A stretch of 64,000 nucleotides of DNA, taken from Lobosporangium transversale. Its lineage: Eukaryota. This document shows, piece by piece, positions 1-12,381 of the stretch; the stretch's first letter is position 1; each line of letters starts with the position of its first letter. The stretch lies in the NCBI RefSeq assembly GCF_002105155.1, contig NW_019028991.1, positions 682,001 through 746,000 on the forward strand. Direction: 5' to 3'. The position numbers and the translations under genes are program-made. The notes under the pieces are model-generated. The model did no database searches and was not told where the DNA came from. It saw only the letters and a program-made list of their open reading frames with translations.

Positions 1-1615
1 GTCTGCATCTTTTGTAGCGTAGATAAATTATAGCTACCGCCCATCGTTGGCATTCCTGGAACAACTCCTGAGATAAATTCGCGAAGCTATCTTTGCAAAT
101 GAACGATGCCAAGCTATCACCTGGGCAGTGCATCAGAAAGAGAACCATAAGTAGCCAATTCGCTTTAATGCTTTGTCGAATTGGAGAAGCTGAAAAGCCT
201 TACTATTAATTGCCATGAGGGCATCTGGTGATGGGAACCTATCGCCTTGGCGAAAAGAAGTGCCGCTGTCGTGTGTACCAATAAAGATATTCCCATATTC
301 AGTGATCGTAGTAACCAAGGCTCTACAAATGGCGCTATCCAGCGCAGTAGCTGTGGTTCTAGAGCATCTCAGTGCGTGAACAAGCAGATCATATTTATCT
401 ACAAATGTATAAATTGTTAATACCTATTAGATAAACACCAATTGCAACGTGACAAGTTGAAAAGTATATATATAATAAAAGTAACTGGATTTAATTGGAC
501 AAAAGCAAGGATTTACAAAGGCCGTTAACGAATTCTATTGCAGTTCGTTGGATCCAAGGGTCGGTATGGAGTTTTTTCAGATGCTGCAGTAACAACTCCA
601 GACCGGTTATTAATTGGATGATTTCATTAGTGCATCCTGGTAACTTTTTTTTTTAAAAAAAAAAAAGAGAGAGAGAGCAAGTCGTGAATATATATGTGTA
701 TGTAGTAGCTCTGATTCAAAACCTCTTACCTACCAAATGCCATGGCAGAAGGTAATGTTCATAAATCCGTAGAACTAAACATATAAGGTCTTTGAACACG
801 GGTGATGTGAAGTCGTCTTCGCTTTCCAGAAGCGTGTATAAAATAGTAAGAATGGAAGCTAAAGCTTCCTCATCTGTGATTTAATGTCAAAAAAGTTTAA
901 TAGAAGGGAAAAAATTAACCTTAATAATACCACAAATTCTTTTCGCAACTTGGGGCTCAGTTGACCCACATGAGAGAAGGAGCTGACGGAATGAGAGCCG
1001 ATCTAGACCATGTAACGAGATGCGTTGCTGGTGAATTCCTCCCAAAGCTTGATAGATTGGTGTAAAAAGATGAGTTATTAATGGCTCGATGACCAAGTAA
1101 TCAAATGTCCTGTTCTTGGCGGAATGGGTAGTGTCCTTCGAAGGCAATCTGTGGTAGGCCGCCTGCATGACATTGCATACTAATTCTAACTGTGGAGACA
1201 GAGCTATTTCATGGCTGAAAAGCTCGAGTCGACCTATGACGCGAAAAGGGATTGACTTAATCTATATATTGTCTGTAATATAACTTTTTCGGTTGAGTTG
1301 TTCCCCCTAGTTGTCTCATTTTATTCCGCTTTGTGAGTACCATGTAACGAAGTGAAGAGCATATCGAAGAGTTCTCTTGAAAACTCAAGAGTTTTGTTGA
1401 TGGTATTGTCAAGTTCTTCTGCTGAAAGCATAGCGCCCGAGCGTTCCATGAGCTGAGGGTCTTGCAATGCGACCAACTGTTTGAGTGTCCTTTCAAGCAC
1501 TGAAGCTACTTCTTGAATTTTGCATGCCCTCATCTTCATTACATAGAATGGATCTTTTGTGAACAGAAGGAGGATAAGTTTATTATGACCCCCAGCGAAG
1601 AGCTTCTTTCTTTTT
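1..1615 (-). pseudogene. Degraded (or mis-assembled) multi-exon gene for an unidentified helical, Leu-rich protein; runs off the window start
   Basis: Coding-like exons bounded by GT..AG: DEEALASILTILYTLLESEDDF.. (~731-873), CTNEIIQLITGLELLLQHL.. (~518-637), KYDLLVHALRCS.. (<398). Frames cannot be joined cleanly near ~1340, ~1615 and ~135-190 without frameshifts. Confidence 0.4.
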
Positions 1616-2403
1616 CAAAGCTAATGTGAATGACATCACATGCCTTTATGAAGCCACCAAGCAACCAGTTAATCCAACCAGCCTAGACAGCCCAGACAAG
1701 TCTTATGCTTCGAAGTGTTTTGAAGTGCGTGGCTATCTTTTGGCTATGCTTTGAAGTATAAAGTGTGGATTTCTGTTCAGAAGGATATTGATGAAGAATG
1801 TATCACGGTTTCGGATCTATTTTTTACTCTGGATAATGTGCTTAATTGCCTATTGCATCGCCTTTGCACATAAACAAGTCTCAACGATTGGTCATAAAAA
1901 GTTATGAACGCAATCGGAATGCTGTCATTCACAACTCGCAGCACAGACGTTGTTCACAGCTTTTTTAAATACAAAGACACCAGGATTCACGTTATGAATT
2001 ACACCTTTCATGGTTTCTCATTGATATTCCATATTTTGATGTACATGTACTTGTAAAGGCCTTTTTTTTTCCCTTCCCTTGCGGGATAAACTCTTGCATT
2101 GGACCAATAGATCCAAAAAAATAAAATAAAATAAAAAAAAATAAAAAAAAGAGCACAAGGCGTGGCACAAAAATGCCCAAGCCCCGTCCTTTGGATCTCC
2201 ATTCTTGATCAGAAACCATATCTTACTTTCACAGTCTTTAGTTTTGCACTTGTCAGCATAGAAAACAAGAGGAAAATCCTTTCGATATTTTAGGGACATA
2301 AAAATAAACTTAGAAGACAGGTTTTTTTTAAAACAAATCTTCATCCAACTTCTCATCGCTCTTGACATTCATTTTCAGCCCTTGTTTAATTTGATCTCAT
2401 GAC

Positions 2404-4697
2404 ATGCTGTCAGTACCACCCATGACAACCATAATGTCCACAACGACAAAAACAATGACGAACCAGGGATCAAGAGGGAGGAGGGGTAGCGATTGTATTG
2501 GTTATCCACACAAAAACAGAAAGCCAGGCACAGAATTATTCTCTGGTCAATTGTTCCTGAAACACCTCTTATCATCATGCATATTATTGACGCTCCTCTG
2601 TTCACGCTCACTTGCCCAGTCACCATCGCCGGCAACATCTTCTCCTGTTACTTCGCCTCTTGCTGCTTCACCTCCTGTAGCACCCTTTCCTGTCAACAGT
2701 GCTGCATATGCTAGAACTGCTACAAAGCTCTACATCGTTGGAGGCATCACCGGCAACCTTGTCTATTCTCAATTCTTTTCCTTGGATCTTGCTGTCCCTT
2801 GGAATGCTTCCACGCCAGCTTGGCAACGACTAGCAGATGGTCCGAGACAACATTTGTTCCCTGCAGTTTTCTCTGCAGATCAGAAAACAATGATCACCTT
2901 TCACAGTGGATCCACCTTTGCAATGCGATATAATGTTGACTCTGATACATGGTACCCTTCCAAAACTGTTGCCGAATTTGGGGTTTTACAAGGTGTAGGT
3001 GCAGTCACTGATCTATCCACAGGACTTGTCTATATGGCAGCAGGATATACTGCCATGAGGTCACAGATGAGCGTTTACAACTTTAAAAAAGATGCCATCA
3101 GCTCATCACCAAACCCACTTCCACAAGAGAATACGCTCTTCAAGGCGCGCGCATATTATGGAAACGTGTGGTCGAAACATAGAAACAGTATCTTATACTT
3201 TGGGGGCTATGACACTGCTTTAAAAGCTTTGCCCCAGGATAATGTAGTGACTGAGTATGTCCCTACTTCGGGACTCTGGCAAACGTTGGTAAGTCAACCA
3301 AACAATCAAAACAAGCACTTTCTTGAAGCAAATAATGGATTGATTAATTTACTTTACTAACAAATATCTTATTTATTAACAAAACATACAATACTAGAGC
3401 ACGACAGGTGTTCCACCACCCATGCGTGCCGACCATTGTATGGCGACAAGTATGTACATATGTTTAATATGAGTAAAGTCATAGAGGATCAATGGCTAAA
3501 TATGTTCTCAATCAAAAAAGAAAAAAAAGAGCTAACATTTTTTTTATTTTTTTTAATTGATTACATTTGGATCAAGATGACGACGGTACTCTTATGGTCG
3601 TGTATGGTGGTCGACTGTCGAGCACGAGGGGCTACGCTGGTGATATTTATATCCTTGATATTGTGACCCAGACATGGCGCTGTGGTACAACAGGGCCAAT
3701 CAGGGCTTACGCAGCATGTACCATTGCTGGAAACCAGCTTCTTGTCTGGGGGGGACGTGTTAATGACAAAGATATTGTTGACCAGGACGTCCTAATTTAC
3801 GATTTGGAGCGCGATCAATGGGTGAAAAACTACATCCCTCCCTCATCTTATAATAACAAAAATCAGACCTCTCCAGAAAAACCAGGATCAGTGGGGCCTG
3901 ACTACGGTTATCCTGACAACAGCAACGAATCTTCTTCCTCCTCTCACACAGGCGCTATCGCTGGAGGAGTTATTGGCGGCATTGCAGTAGTCGCGGCCAC
4001 TATCCTTTTGTTTGTATTCTTACGACGAAGACAACATCGTACACATGGTGCAAAGCTCGTCAATACGAAAGATGATGAAGATCCAGATGGTAACCCAACA
4101 TCGGGTGCGCATGCGGAGGGGGCCAGAAATGAACAAGAGTTGAGGGATCTTCGTGTGAGGCTTCAGAATCAGCAAGAAGAATTGGAACTGCATCGTAGGC
4201 TATTGCTATTACAACAAGATCCACAGCAACAGCAGCAACAGCAACAGCAACAACAACAACAACAACAGCAACAGCAACAGCAACACTCACCGTATCTCCC
4301 ACCTTCTTACTCCTATCAACCTCCAATATTTTTTGGCGTGGCACCTTCCACAGCTAGTGACCCCTATGTAGCAATCAACAATCCATATACCCACAGTACA
4401 GAAGTCCCTATCGCAGTAGGTCAATATCATGGAGCCTCACCATCATCACCTCTGCCAAGTTACGCGCCCCATCCCTACCAATCCATTTCATCACCAGCAC
4501 CTTCACATATTATGATAGCAACTGATGTGATCACCACGAGCCCTCCGCCTTCTCGGACGCCCAGCCGAATTAATTCTGCAACATCCTTTCATGACACCTC
4601 TTCTGAGGGAAGCAGCACTCAATTGAGAAGTCAACGACCGCCTGGAAATCCTCAAGTCGGCGCAAGAGATCGTCTGTTATCTCAATCAAACCCATAA
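2404..4697 (+). CDS. Kelch/galactose-oxidase-type beta-propeller single-pass membrane protein (copy 1); exons ~2404-3288, 3398-3449, 3577-4697
   Basis: Hydrophobic signal-like segment LLSSCILLTLLCSRSLAQ. Kelch GG motifs (YIVGG, LYFGG, VVYGG, LVWGG) with downstream W. TM GAIAGGVIGGIAVVAATILLFVFL followed by RRR, then a Q/P/S-rich tail. GTAAGT and GTATGT donors give an in-frame splice. Start codon uncertain. Confidence 0.85.
4224..4283 (+). repeat. CAG/CAA poly-Q microsatellite in the kelch-1 cytoplasmic tail
   Basis: About 20 consecutive Gln codons read directly from the sequence. Confidence 0.9.
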
Positions 4698-4768
4698 TGC
4701 ATCGACAGGATAAAAATAACTAGTCTAATAACCTTAATAACATCGCCACTTGTTCATGTATTTCGTAG

Positions 4769-4802
<34 letters not shown>

Positions 4803-4803
<1 letters not shown>

Positions 4804-6488
4804 CAGAGAACTTTTACCCCACACCGAGTTAAATAGTTTGTTAAAGAAGTATTGGTGAGATCATTTGGATGCAGATATCTTGATATTGCTTCCAACCTTC
4901 GCCACGACTTGGTCATCCATTCAATCTCAGCCACTCCCAATTCCTGTCCAGCTATAAACAAAAACTTTTTTAACCGCCTTAATGACGCCAAATGACTCAA
5001 CCCTGCACTCAATCGATGATCCAACTTGCGTGTCTTGAACGACGGAGGCATATTGACCAAAAACCGAGTTACTTCCAATGTCTCCAGCTGATGCAGAGCT
5101 CCCAACTGCTGATAGACTCGTTCCTGTTGAGCACGATATTCTGGTGTCGTGGGGTCTGCATGAATATCCATGTCGATGCACAATTTCAACACTCGAAGCC
5201 GTTTATCACAACCCCAAATTTGTCCATTATCAGGAAAATTTGACGAAGGTTTCCCCAACATATCAGCCACACACAATCGGTCTCCAGAAAAGTACTCCAA
5301 CGAAGGCATGTTCACCAATATGCGTTGAATCATGTCACTTGTCACAGCGGGGCATGCATAGATTTCAAGCTCACGAATGTGAAGGTAGTGTTGGTGTCGT
5401 TGTATTTGTAACTGTGGCTGTGGCTGTTGATGGTCCATTGCCGTCGTAGCCATCGTGGCCATCATCAAGGCTTCCAATGTTTGAGGTCCAAACCCCGTCG
5501 CCTTGACCAACAATTTATCAAGACTTGTCCTGAGGCCGCCTACAATGCCTGCCAATCCCTCATCATCAAATTCATTACCAATGACATCGAGCGCATTCAG
5601 GTGGGGCCATCTTCCAGCAATGATACCATCCCGAAATTGCTCCACCCCAAAGTAAGCCTTGAATCGGATTCCTCTCCAGAGTATAGAGCGGATGTTTGGA
5701 CATAACTTGAGTAGTTCCAGTTGATCATCAAATTTCATGCCTCTTACACCTTCCATTTGTATATGTCTAAGAGATCTCAATGGTTCTAGTCGTGAGATCC
5801 ATTGTGTATCTGTGCCATCCAGCCCTGGAAGAGTCCAGTCAATTAGACTTAGTGAGATTATTCCAGAGGCCTGTGCGTTCTCGCTTTGACCTTGACTTTC
5901 ATCCTCATATTCATCTTCGCGCACATCCTCACGCTCACGTCCACTTCCATTGACACGGGCACAGGCTTGTAAAAACGCTTGAAGTCCGTCGTTGGACATG
6001 GTAACATCTATCAACTTTAAAGTCTTTAGACGTTGACATGTTTCGATTCCGCTGTAGATGACTCTGCCGGAAAGAATAGGCGCACTAATACGGAACTGAA
6101 TATGTTGTAATGTTGCAGCATGATTACGGATAAAGTCGTCCAAGAGACTCGGAGGTGGTGCACAAAACCGAGTATGTTCGAATGTGAGGGAGACCAGACG
6201 AGAACAACCATTCAAAAGGAAATAATCATTTAGGATATGACCTTTAAACTCGATGGTCCGAATAAGAGAAGCATGGGCTTGAAGCTGATCTAGACTAGGT
6301 AGTTTGTGGTTACGGACTCCATGAAGTATGATATGGTACCAAAGCAGTCGACTGAAGGAGGCATGCCAGGCCTTGGAGACACGAATACAGCGAGAAATGT
6401 CTCCTGGTGAGAGGAATGAGCCGATGCAGGTTCTAATTTCATCAAGGTCGAGAGGACTTAGAGGAGTTTGAATCATCGGAGATGACAT
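4803..6488 (-). CDS. F-box/LRR (RNI-like) protein, intronless
   Basis: 561-aa ORF. N-terminal F-box (PLDLDEIRTCIGSFL..RCIRVSKAWH), LxxLxL repeats, C-terminal WGC..L..L / LSAGLSHLASLRRLK / EIEWM..W motif. Confidence 0.85.
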
Positions 6489-6772
6489 TGAATTAAAAAA
6501 AGTCGGATGAAGGCTTCAAAAGTGGAATGTATAAACGATGTTGAGTGGAACTTCGGTAAGTGAGCCAAAAAATACATCTTAATTGATAGAGCAAAACAAG
6601 CGTATGTGTCACACGAACAATTATTCACAGGCAAGGCGCAATGCCTTTCCATCAAGCATTGGAAGTTGATAAGTTTTGGTCGTTTGTGGATGTTTTATTG
6701 TACTGTACAGATTCAAAAGACTAAAAAAAAAAAAAAAAAAATTGAAATGTTTGTTCCTTTATGCTCGTTCCT

Positions 6773-7717
6773 TTATGCTCGACCTTGAAGCAAAGCCTGA
6801 ACTTGAGCTGCGATCTCCGCTTGTGCCTGAGCAGCCGACTCAGCTTGTTCTGCAGAGACAACAACAGGTGCCTCCAATGCTGCTACAACCTGTGCCTCGA
6901 CTTGAGGATCAATTTGTGAAGGTTGATGCTGTTGCTGTGGTACTTCAGCCATCGCCACTACATCCATCTGGGCCAAAATTTGGTCTTGTCCATGTTCCTG
7001 GATTTGGACTTGGATTTGACCTTGCGCCTGCTGGTCCATCACCGTCACTGTGTCGGCTTTGGGTGCTTCAGTTGAAGACTTTTTTATTCTTTTACGCTTC
7101 GGCCAAGCCGATGGAGGCTTTGGATTGGCTTTCTTGCCACGTCCTTGCACAAAGCGCTCTATATGACAAAAAAAAAAAAAAAAAAAAAAAGTATTAAGCA
7201 TACCACCTTTGCATGCAAAAAAAAGAAATAAAAAACGCTTTTTCATATTATTACCTCCCGTCCATCGAAGATCCAATTTCAGCATATCGCGTCTTAGGGT
7301 CTGAGTAGTCTTCCTAATACCATGCTCGTTCAAGAGTGTCTGTTGAATCATTTGGATGGTCATATGGGTCTGGCCCTCTGGTAGTTTCCGCGCCACAATC
7401 TCTCGTACTTTTGCTGCATAATCGTCGTCTAGAACCTTGACAGGTCGTCCAGCATTGGAAGTACTACTGAATTGAGGAACTAGGCCCTTCTTGGAAAAGG
7501 TGATGGCCTTTTGTGCAGTCGTATCACCTACACCTGTAATATTTGCTAGCTGGCTACGGATCCCCGGTCCAAAGGTCTCTCGGACTTCTTTGGGCAATGT
7601 CAGCATTTGACGGTAGACATGAACCAGCATGCAGTATTCATTGCGTTTAATGTCGCCTGCATCCCGTTTAACGCCATCCTCAATGGTGATCTGGGGTGTA
7701 GCAAGACGCTTTGGCAT
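6773..7717 (-). CDS. HTH DNA-binding protein resembling an IS630/Tc1 transposase N-terminus, with no catalytic domain; intron 7159-7254
   Basis: First HTH (SQLANITGVGDTTAQKAI), GRP linker, second HTH (TIQMIQQTLLNEHGIRKTTQTLRRDMLKLDLRW), NLS-like KRKRIKK, Q/A-rich tail. A 96-nt GTAATA..TAG intron contains a poly-T run. Confidence 0.7.
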   Translation of the reverse strand: MPKRLATPQITIEDGVKRDAGDIKRNEYCMLVHVYRQMLTLPKEVRETFGPGIRSQLANITGVGDTTAQKAITFSKKGLVPQFSSTSNAGRPVKVLDDDYAAKVREIVARKLPEGQTHMTIQMIQQTLLNEHGIRKTTQTLRRDMLKLDLRWTGGNNMKKRFLFLFFACKGGMLNTFFFFFFFCHIERFVQGRGKKANPKPPSAWPKRKRIKKSSTEAPKADTVTVMDQQAQGQIQVQIQEHGQDQILAQMDVVAMAEVPQQQHQPSQIDPQVEAQVVAALEAPVVVSAEQAESAAQAQAEIAAQVQALLQGRA

Positions 7718-8438
7718 TCTAAAAACAAAAATTGAGGAAAATTAATGAAGCAGATGTATTAATGGTCTATGTCAATTGAGTGTTGTAATGAGTGTGTGAA
7801 ATTAAACCCATGAATGATTCTATTTCATAAACTGTGGGCAAATTTGAATCATAGTGGAAGAGCACTTGAATTGAATGTATAATTGGTTAAAGTGCTGACA
7901 GGATTTAATGAATAAAAAGCGATGGAATTATAGGAAAATATATAGAGCAAAGAACTACTCCATGCTCCAAAGGCTTTACTGGGGGCTAAATTTTGGTCAA
8001 TGCTGCTATAAACCACACACCTTGAGCCTTACTGAGGTATGCATGGGGCCATAGTAAGTAGCAAGAACGAAAAAAAGAAAAGATGTATTCAGTATGATCC
8101 ACAGGTCTAGGTTCTACCTCCACACCGGATAACTTCAAAGAGTGAAGACAATAGTGCGGGACGCGAGCCGTTATAGAGTTTGCATTGGCGAGGAATACAT
8201 AAATAAATGTACTAAAAGGGAGTGAGAGAAGGGAGACTAACTATGCCCTTTTATGTAATGGTTTTTAATCTTCACTTCAATCACATATTCCAGCCTATTG
8301 CTGATCTTTGTTCCATCCTCCAAGGGTATACGACATCAAGGACCCGATATCAATCGAAGGAGTTCACCAGACATGGAGTAAACAATAGATCTCTTGAGCC
8401 ACTTTGATTGCTGTAATAAAAGGAAATAGTTGCTTTAT

Positions 8439-10094
8439 TTAGTCCAAAACTAATCGAGGCTTTTGAGTGCGCATCCAGGTGATAAAACTAAAATCGTCCT
8501 TTTTGTTCCAAAATCCATTGTGATCCAAATATGGCCTCTTGAACACCTTGTCCCAAACTGGATCATCTTCACCCCAGAGCTGTGCATCATTTTTGTATTT
8601 ATATAGACCGAGGCCCAAAAGCGCTGTCAAGTTTGGCCAGTGCTTCACAATCCACTCCATCTCCGCTTGACCCATCAATACCTTATCGATATCTCGTATG
8701 TTTAATATTTGTAGGTCTTTCAAATCTTTCCAAAGGTCCAGACCGCTTTCTATTGTCAAATAGGGGCGCATGGGGTGTACTGGGTAATCTTTGGACCTCC
8801 CCGCCGGCCTCGGTACCCATCCAAGATGCAGGGCCCGAATGTTTTTTAAACGCGCTAGTTGTTGGTACCAGACCAAGAGCGGCGTCTGTGATTCAGGCTC
8901 CTTAATAGTACGGTCGTCTATTACTGTCAGTGCGAGTTCCCGCAAGCTACTCTCACATGCCCATTTCATATCTGCCATATCACTCAAGAATAGTCCCGAT
9001 TCAGGGCACCTAAAATAGAGTGTTGATTCGGTTTTAAAGACCAATCTTCTAAGACTTGCACATGTCATTATGATCGACTGAATATCCTGACTTGAAAGAC
9101 AGGTTGAAGCGCCGAATTCCAGATCCTGTAGAGTATCAGCCCACGAGCTCAACATATTTTGAATGCTCTCAGGAGGGTCTTGAAGATGAAGCTTCCTGAG
9201 CTGCAGCTGACCAGGTTTCATCAGTGCCTGTATGGCGCTTGGGGCTCCGTGATCATTTATGACTAAGCCCTTGAGTTTGGGGTGCCATACGGGCAAGAAA
9301 TCAACCAAGTCGCCATGGGCACTAAGTTTTATATGTGGAACCGATAGCTCTTGGAGGTTAGGACACCGTTTGAGAAGCTTGAAGATCAAGTTTTCTCGTG
9401 AAGAAAAGAATGTTCCTCCAAGCTGGACCTTATAGAGATTAGGAAATGATTTGGGAAGAAGCGTATCATCCGCAGTTCCAGGAGCTGCATTCGGACTTGA
9501 GTAGTATGACATGGCTTCAATCTCAAGCTCCGTTAGTGCCTTTGGAAGAAGGCGTAGTGCGCCATAAAAAAAATGGCCTACGAGGCTGCATAAGCCGGTG
9601 ATGCTCAAATATCGTAGTTGTGAATGGCGTTTAAGCTGGATGAGTAGACGTATTGAAATTGCCTCCGTAAGATTCTTGTTCCTGAGCGATATTTTGAGGT
9701 AACGTATAGATGGGTTGCGCCCTAGGAGGACCAGAAAGGCATCCAAATCAACTTCTTGTTCTGGCTTTAGGAAGTTGGAGTCACTGTAGCTGCAGGGCAA
9801 AGTGTAAAATAACGACTTGAGTTTTGTGCAATTGACCTCTGGTCGAGCAAGAACCTGTGCAAGTTTGGTGCCGTGGTATTGTAGGTGACGGATACGGTGC
9901 CCATTTTCGATTAATGGCTTTAGGTATTCCTCATTCTGTAGCATTGGCCGTGACTCAACCAAGTCTCTCCAAAGTAGTGGCTTCGTTAGATTATTCCAAC
10001 TCTTGCAGACTTCGGAGCAAGCTTTCAGATCAGGCTGTTCTAGATGATTGCAGATAAGAACGAAGATTTCTGGTGGGAAGTCAAATGGACCGAA

Positions 10095-10097
<3 letters not shown>
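8439..10097 (-). CDS. F-box/LRR protein, intronless
   Basis: 552 aa. F-box FDFPPEIFVLICNHLEQPDLKACSEVCKSW, LRR-like repeats, WACESSLREL and IESGLDLWKDLKDLQ motifs. Confidence 0.87.
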
Positions 10098-10127
<30 letters not shown>

Positions 10128-10401
10128 AATTGAAGAGCTGAGAACTGAAAGAACTTGAAAAAAAAAAAAAAAAAGAAAAAAAAAACGTTTACAAAGAAAA
10201 GAAATTTGCCACTAAATCAAACCTTAAAAAGACGGCGTGGATGATTGTCGAGCAAGAGATTCATGTATTCGCAATCTACCTTTGTTTATTTTTGAGTACT
10301 ACTACTACTTAAGTGAATAGAATGAATGTTTCTGAAATGAGATGGTGTGTCAAATGACCATCCCCTATTAATTTCCCTATAGTCCAATTGCTCATTTGAA
10401 C

Positions 10402-10610
10402 TCATGCTTTTGACCCAAGAGTGTAGACACGCAAAGTGCGCGTTTGTTTGTTGAACTCTGCATCCAATGTTTCCAAACCAACAGGCCTATTTGGAAGATC
10501 GACCTCAAGATGGTAATCTTTACCTCCATCCACTTTCTTTCCTTGGCTCTTGGCATGAACCACAAGTTTGTTCCGCAAGACAATATCAACAGTGATATCA
10601 GAGGAATTCA

Positions 10611-10644
<34 letters not shown>

Positions 10645-12092
10645 TTTGTTATTCAAAGGGTAAAAAAAGTTAGCCTACAGTCCAAACCTTTATATTCAGT
10701 CCTAAGGAAAAAAAAAAAAAAAAAAACTCCACCTCCAGACCTTGGTCAGGATAAAGAGTGAAAGCAGATATGAAGAAAAACATAATCTCTGTCGATTCGC
10801 TTACATGATTAGGGAATGGGATCTCAATTATGCTCCCTCCAGTGCCATTGGGGCATGATAAGGTCCGATGATCGAGTATAATGTCATCCTTTCCTGCTAC
10901 TGGGACGTCGGACTTGTTCAAAGGCTCTTGGGACTTTGCTAGTTTAGGAGCCTTGCTGGTCTTCTCCTCAGCAGGGACCTCCAAGATTGGAGCTTTAGGC
11001 TGTGGTATCAATTTGATAGGCCGACTGGGGATTTTATCCTTGGATCGAATTGGCAACATCCCAATGGTATCTTTTAATCACAGCAGAATAGGTATCATTT
11101 TTTATATAAACCTTAGATACTCCAATTATCAAATCTCCAGTGGCGTTCCCATTTATAACTACATTCGAAAATATGGAGGAGTGGGTTACCTCTGTCGAGC
11201 ACTAGACGACATTTCTCTTCAATCCAATGAAAGACCACCTCTATGATATACATTCCATAGGGGTGATCCTTTTTTGCTCTCGTCAATACATCTGCGTGCA
11301 CACAGCCATCAATGACAAGATACCCTGGTTCATCTACAAACATTGATGAATTTGCAATTTCCTGTCAATTAAAATGTTGATATTAAACCCCATATTTCTA
11401 AGGATATACTTTGCTGAATAGGAATCACCTTTAGATGTGTATTTACGTGGCTCGCCTATATGGACAGGCACCTCATACACAGATGGTTGACCGTTCAAAG
11501 TCTTCTGGATCTCATATTCGGGTACATCCGTTGGTTTGGTAATCTTGTCTGATGAGCACATGTTGACAAAGACCTTGGTGCCCTTTGGAAAAGTGGATTT
11601 GTTAGTTTCAAGCAAATGGCCTACTTTGGCTTCCTTGGCAAGTTGTATCAAAACTACAAATCCTGCATCAGGCGTGATAGTTATATAATCTGTCTGCTGC
11701 TTGTCCTTATGCCTATCTGCTGCATGGAAATAGTTCATCATAAAGTCCTGAGCCATTTCTGGATTCTTTCGAAACATTTCCATCATTTCCTCTTCCCCTT
11801 GTTCTGGGGCAGAGTGGACGTCAGAGCCAAAGAGAGAAGGATGATTGGTGTGCTTAGAAGATTTGGCTTTAGGGCTCGTTGAAGGAGAGGCATTTTTGGG
11901 CTTTCTGGCAGCCATATAGTCGGGGCCAATATCTACATTATCATTACGGACCCAACCACCATTGACTATCAGACTGCCTTCACTATTTACAAAGACGTTG
12001 CTAGGGTCAGTTCCTGATAGCTTTATGAATTCTCTTGCCCCGGGGTAATCTTCATCAGAGAAATCAGGGAGTTTCGACTTTTTTTTCGACAT
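10402..12092 (-). CDS. PIH1-domain co-chaperone (R2TP Pih1/PIH1D1-like) with C-terminal CS-like domain; exons ~12092-11429, 11333-11190, 11070-10805, 10611-10402
   Basis: PIH1 motifs ITPDAGFVV, KVFVNMCSSDKI, VPVHIGEPR, YLVIDGCVH. C-terminal LEVDLP..AEFNKQTRTLRV. Confidence 0.8.
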
Positions 12093-12381
12093 GTTGCACA
12101 GAACAAGTTGAATGTAATGAATGCAAAGACAGTTTTTGGAATGTGGTCTGTGACAAATCGACAGGTAGCACAGGCGTATGATAAGCCACGTAGTAACTGA
12201 ACCTTCGACTTTTTCCCTTTTGTAGCATCGCCCGTGGCACAACTCCTTTTCCATCTTTTTTTGAATTCATCCCCACATCTCTCTATTTCACTACTTTCCA
12301 CTCATCTTGATTCTTTTGCAGTATTTCCCTGGTCTCGACTGCATTACATTTTATAAAGTCTTTGCGACCAAAGACCATATC

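Noticed and set aside
6676..7197. 173-aa plus-strand ORF
   Set aside because: Antisense shadow of the HTH gene's low-complexity tail.
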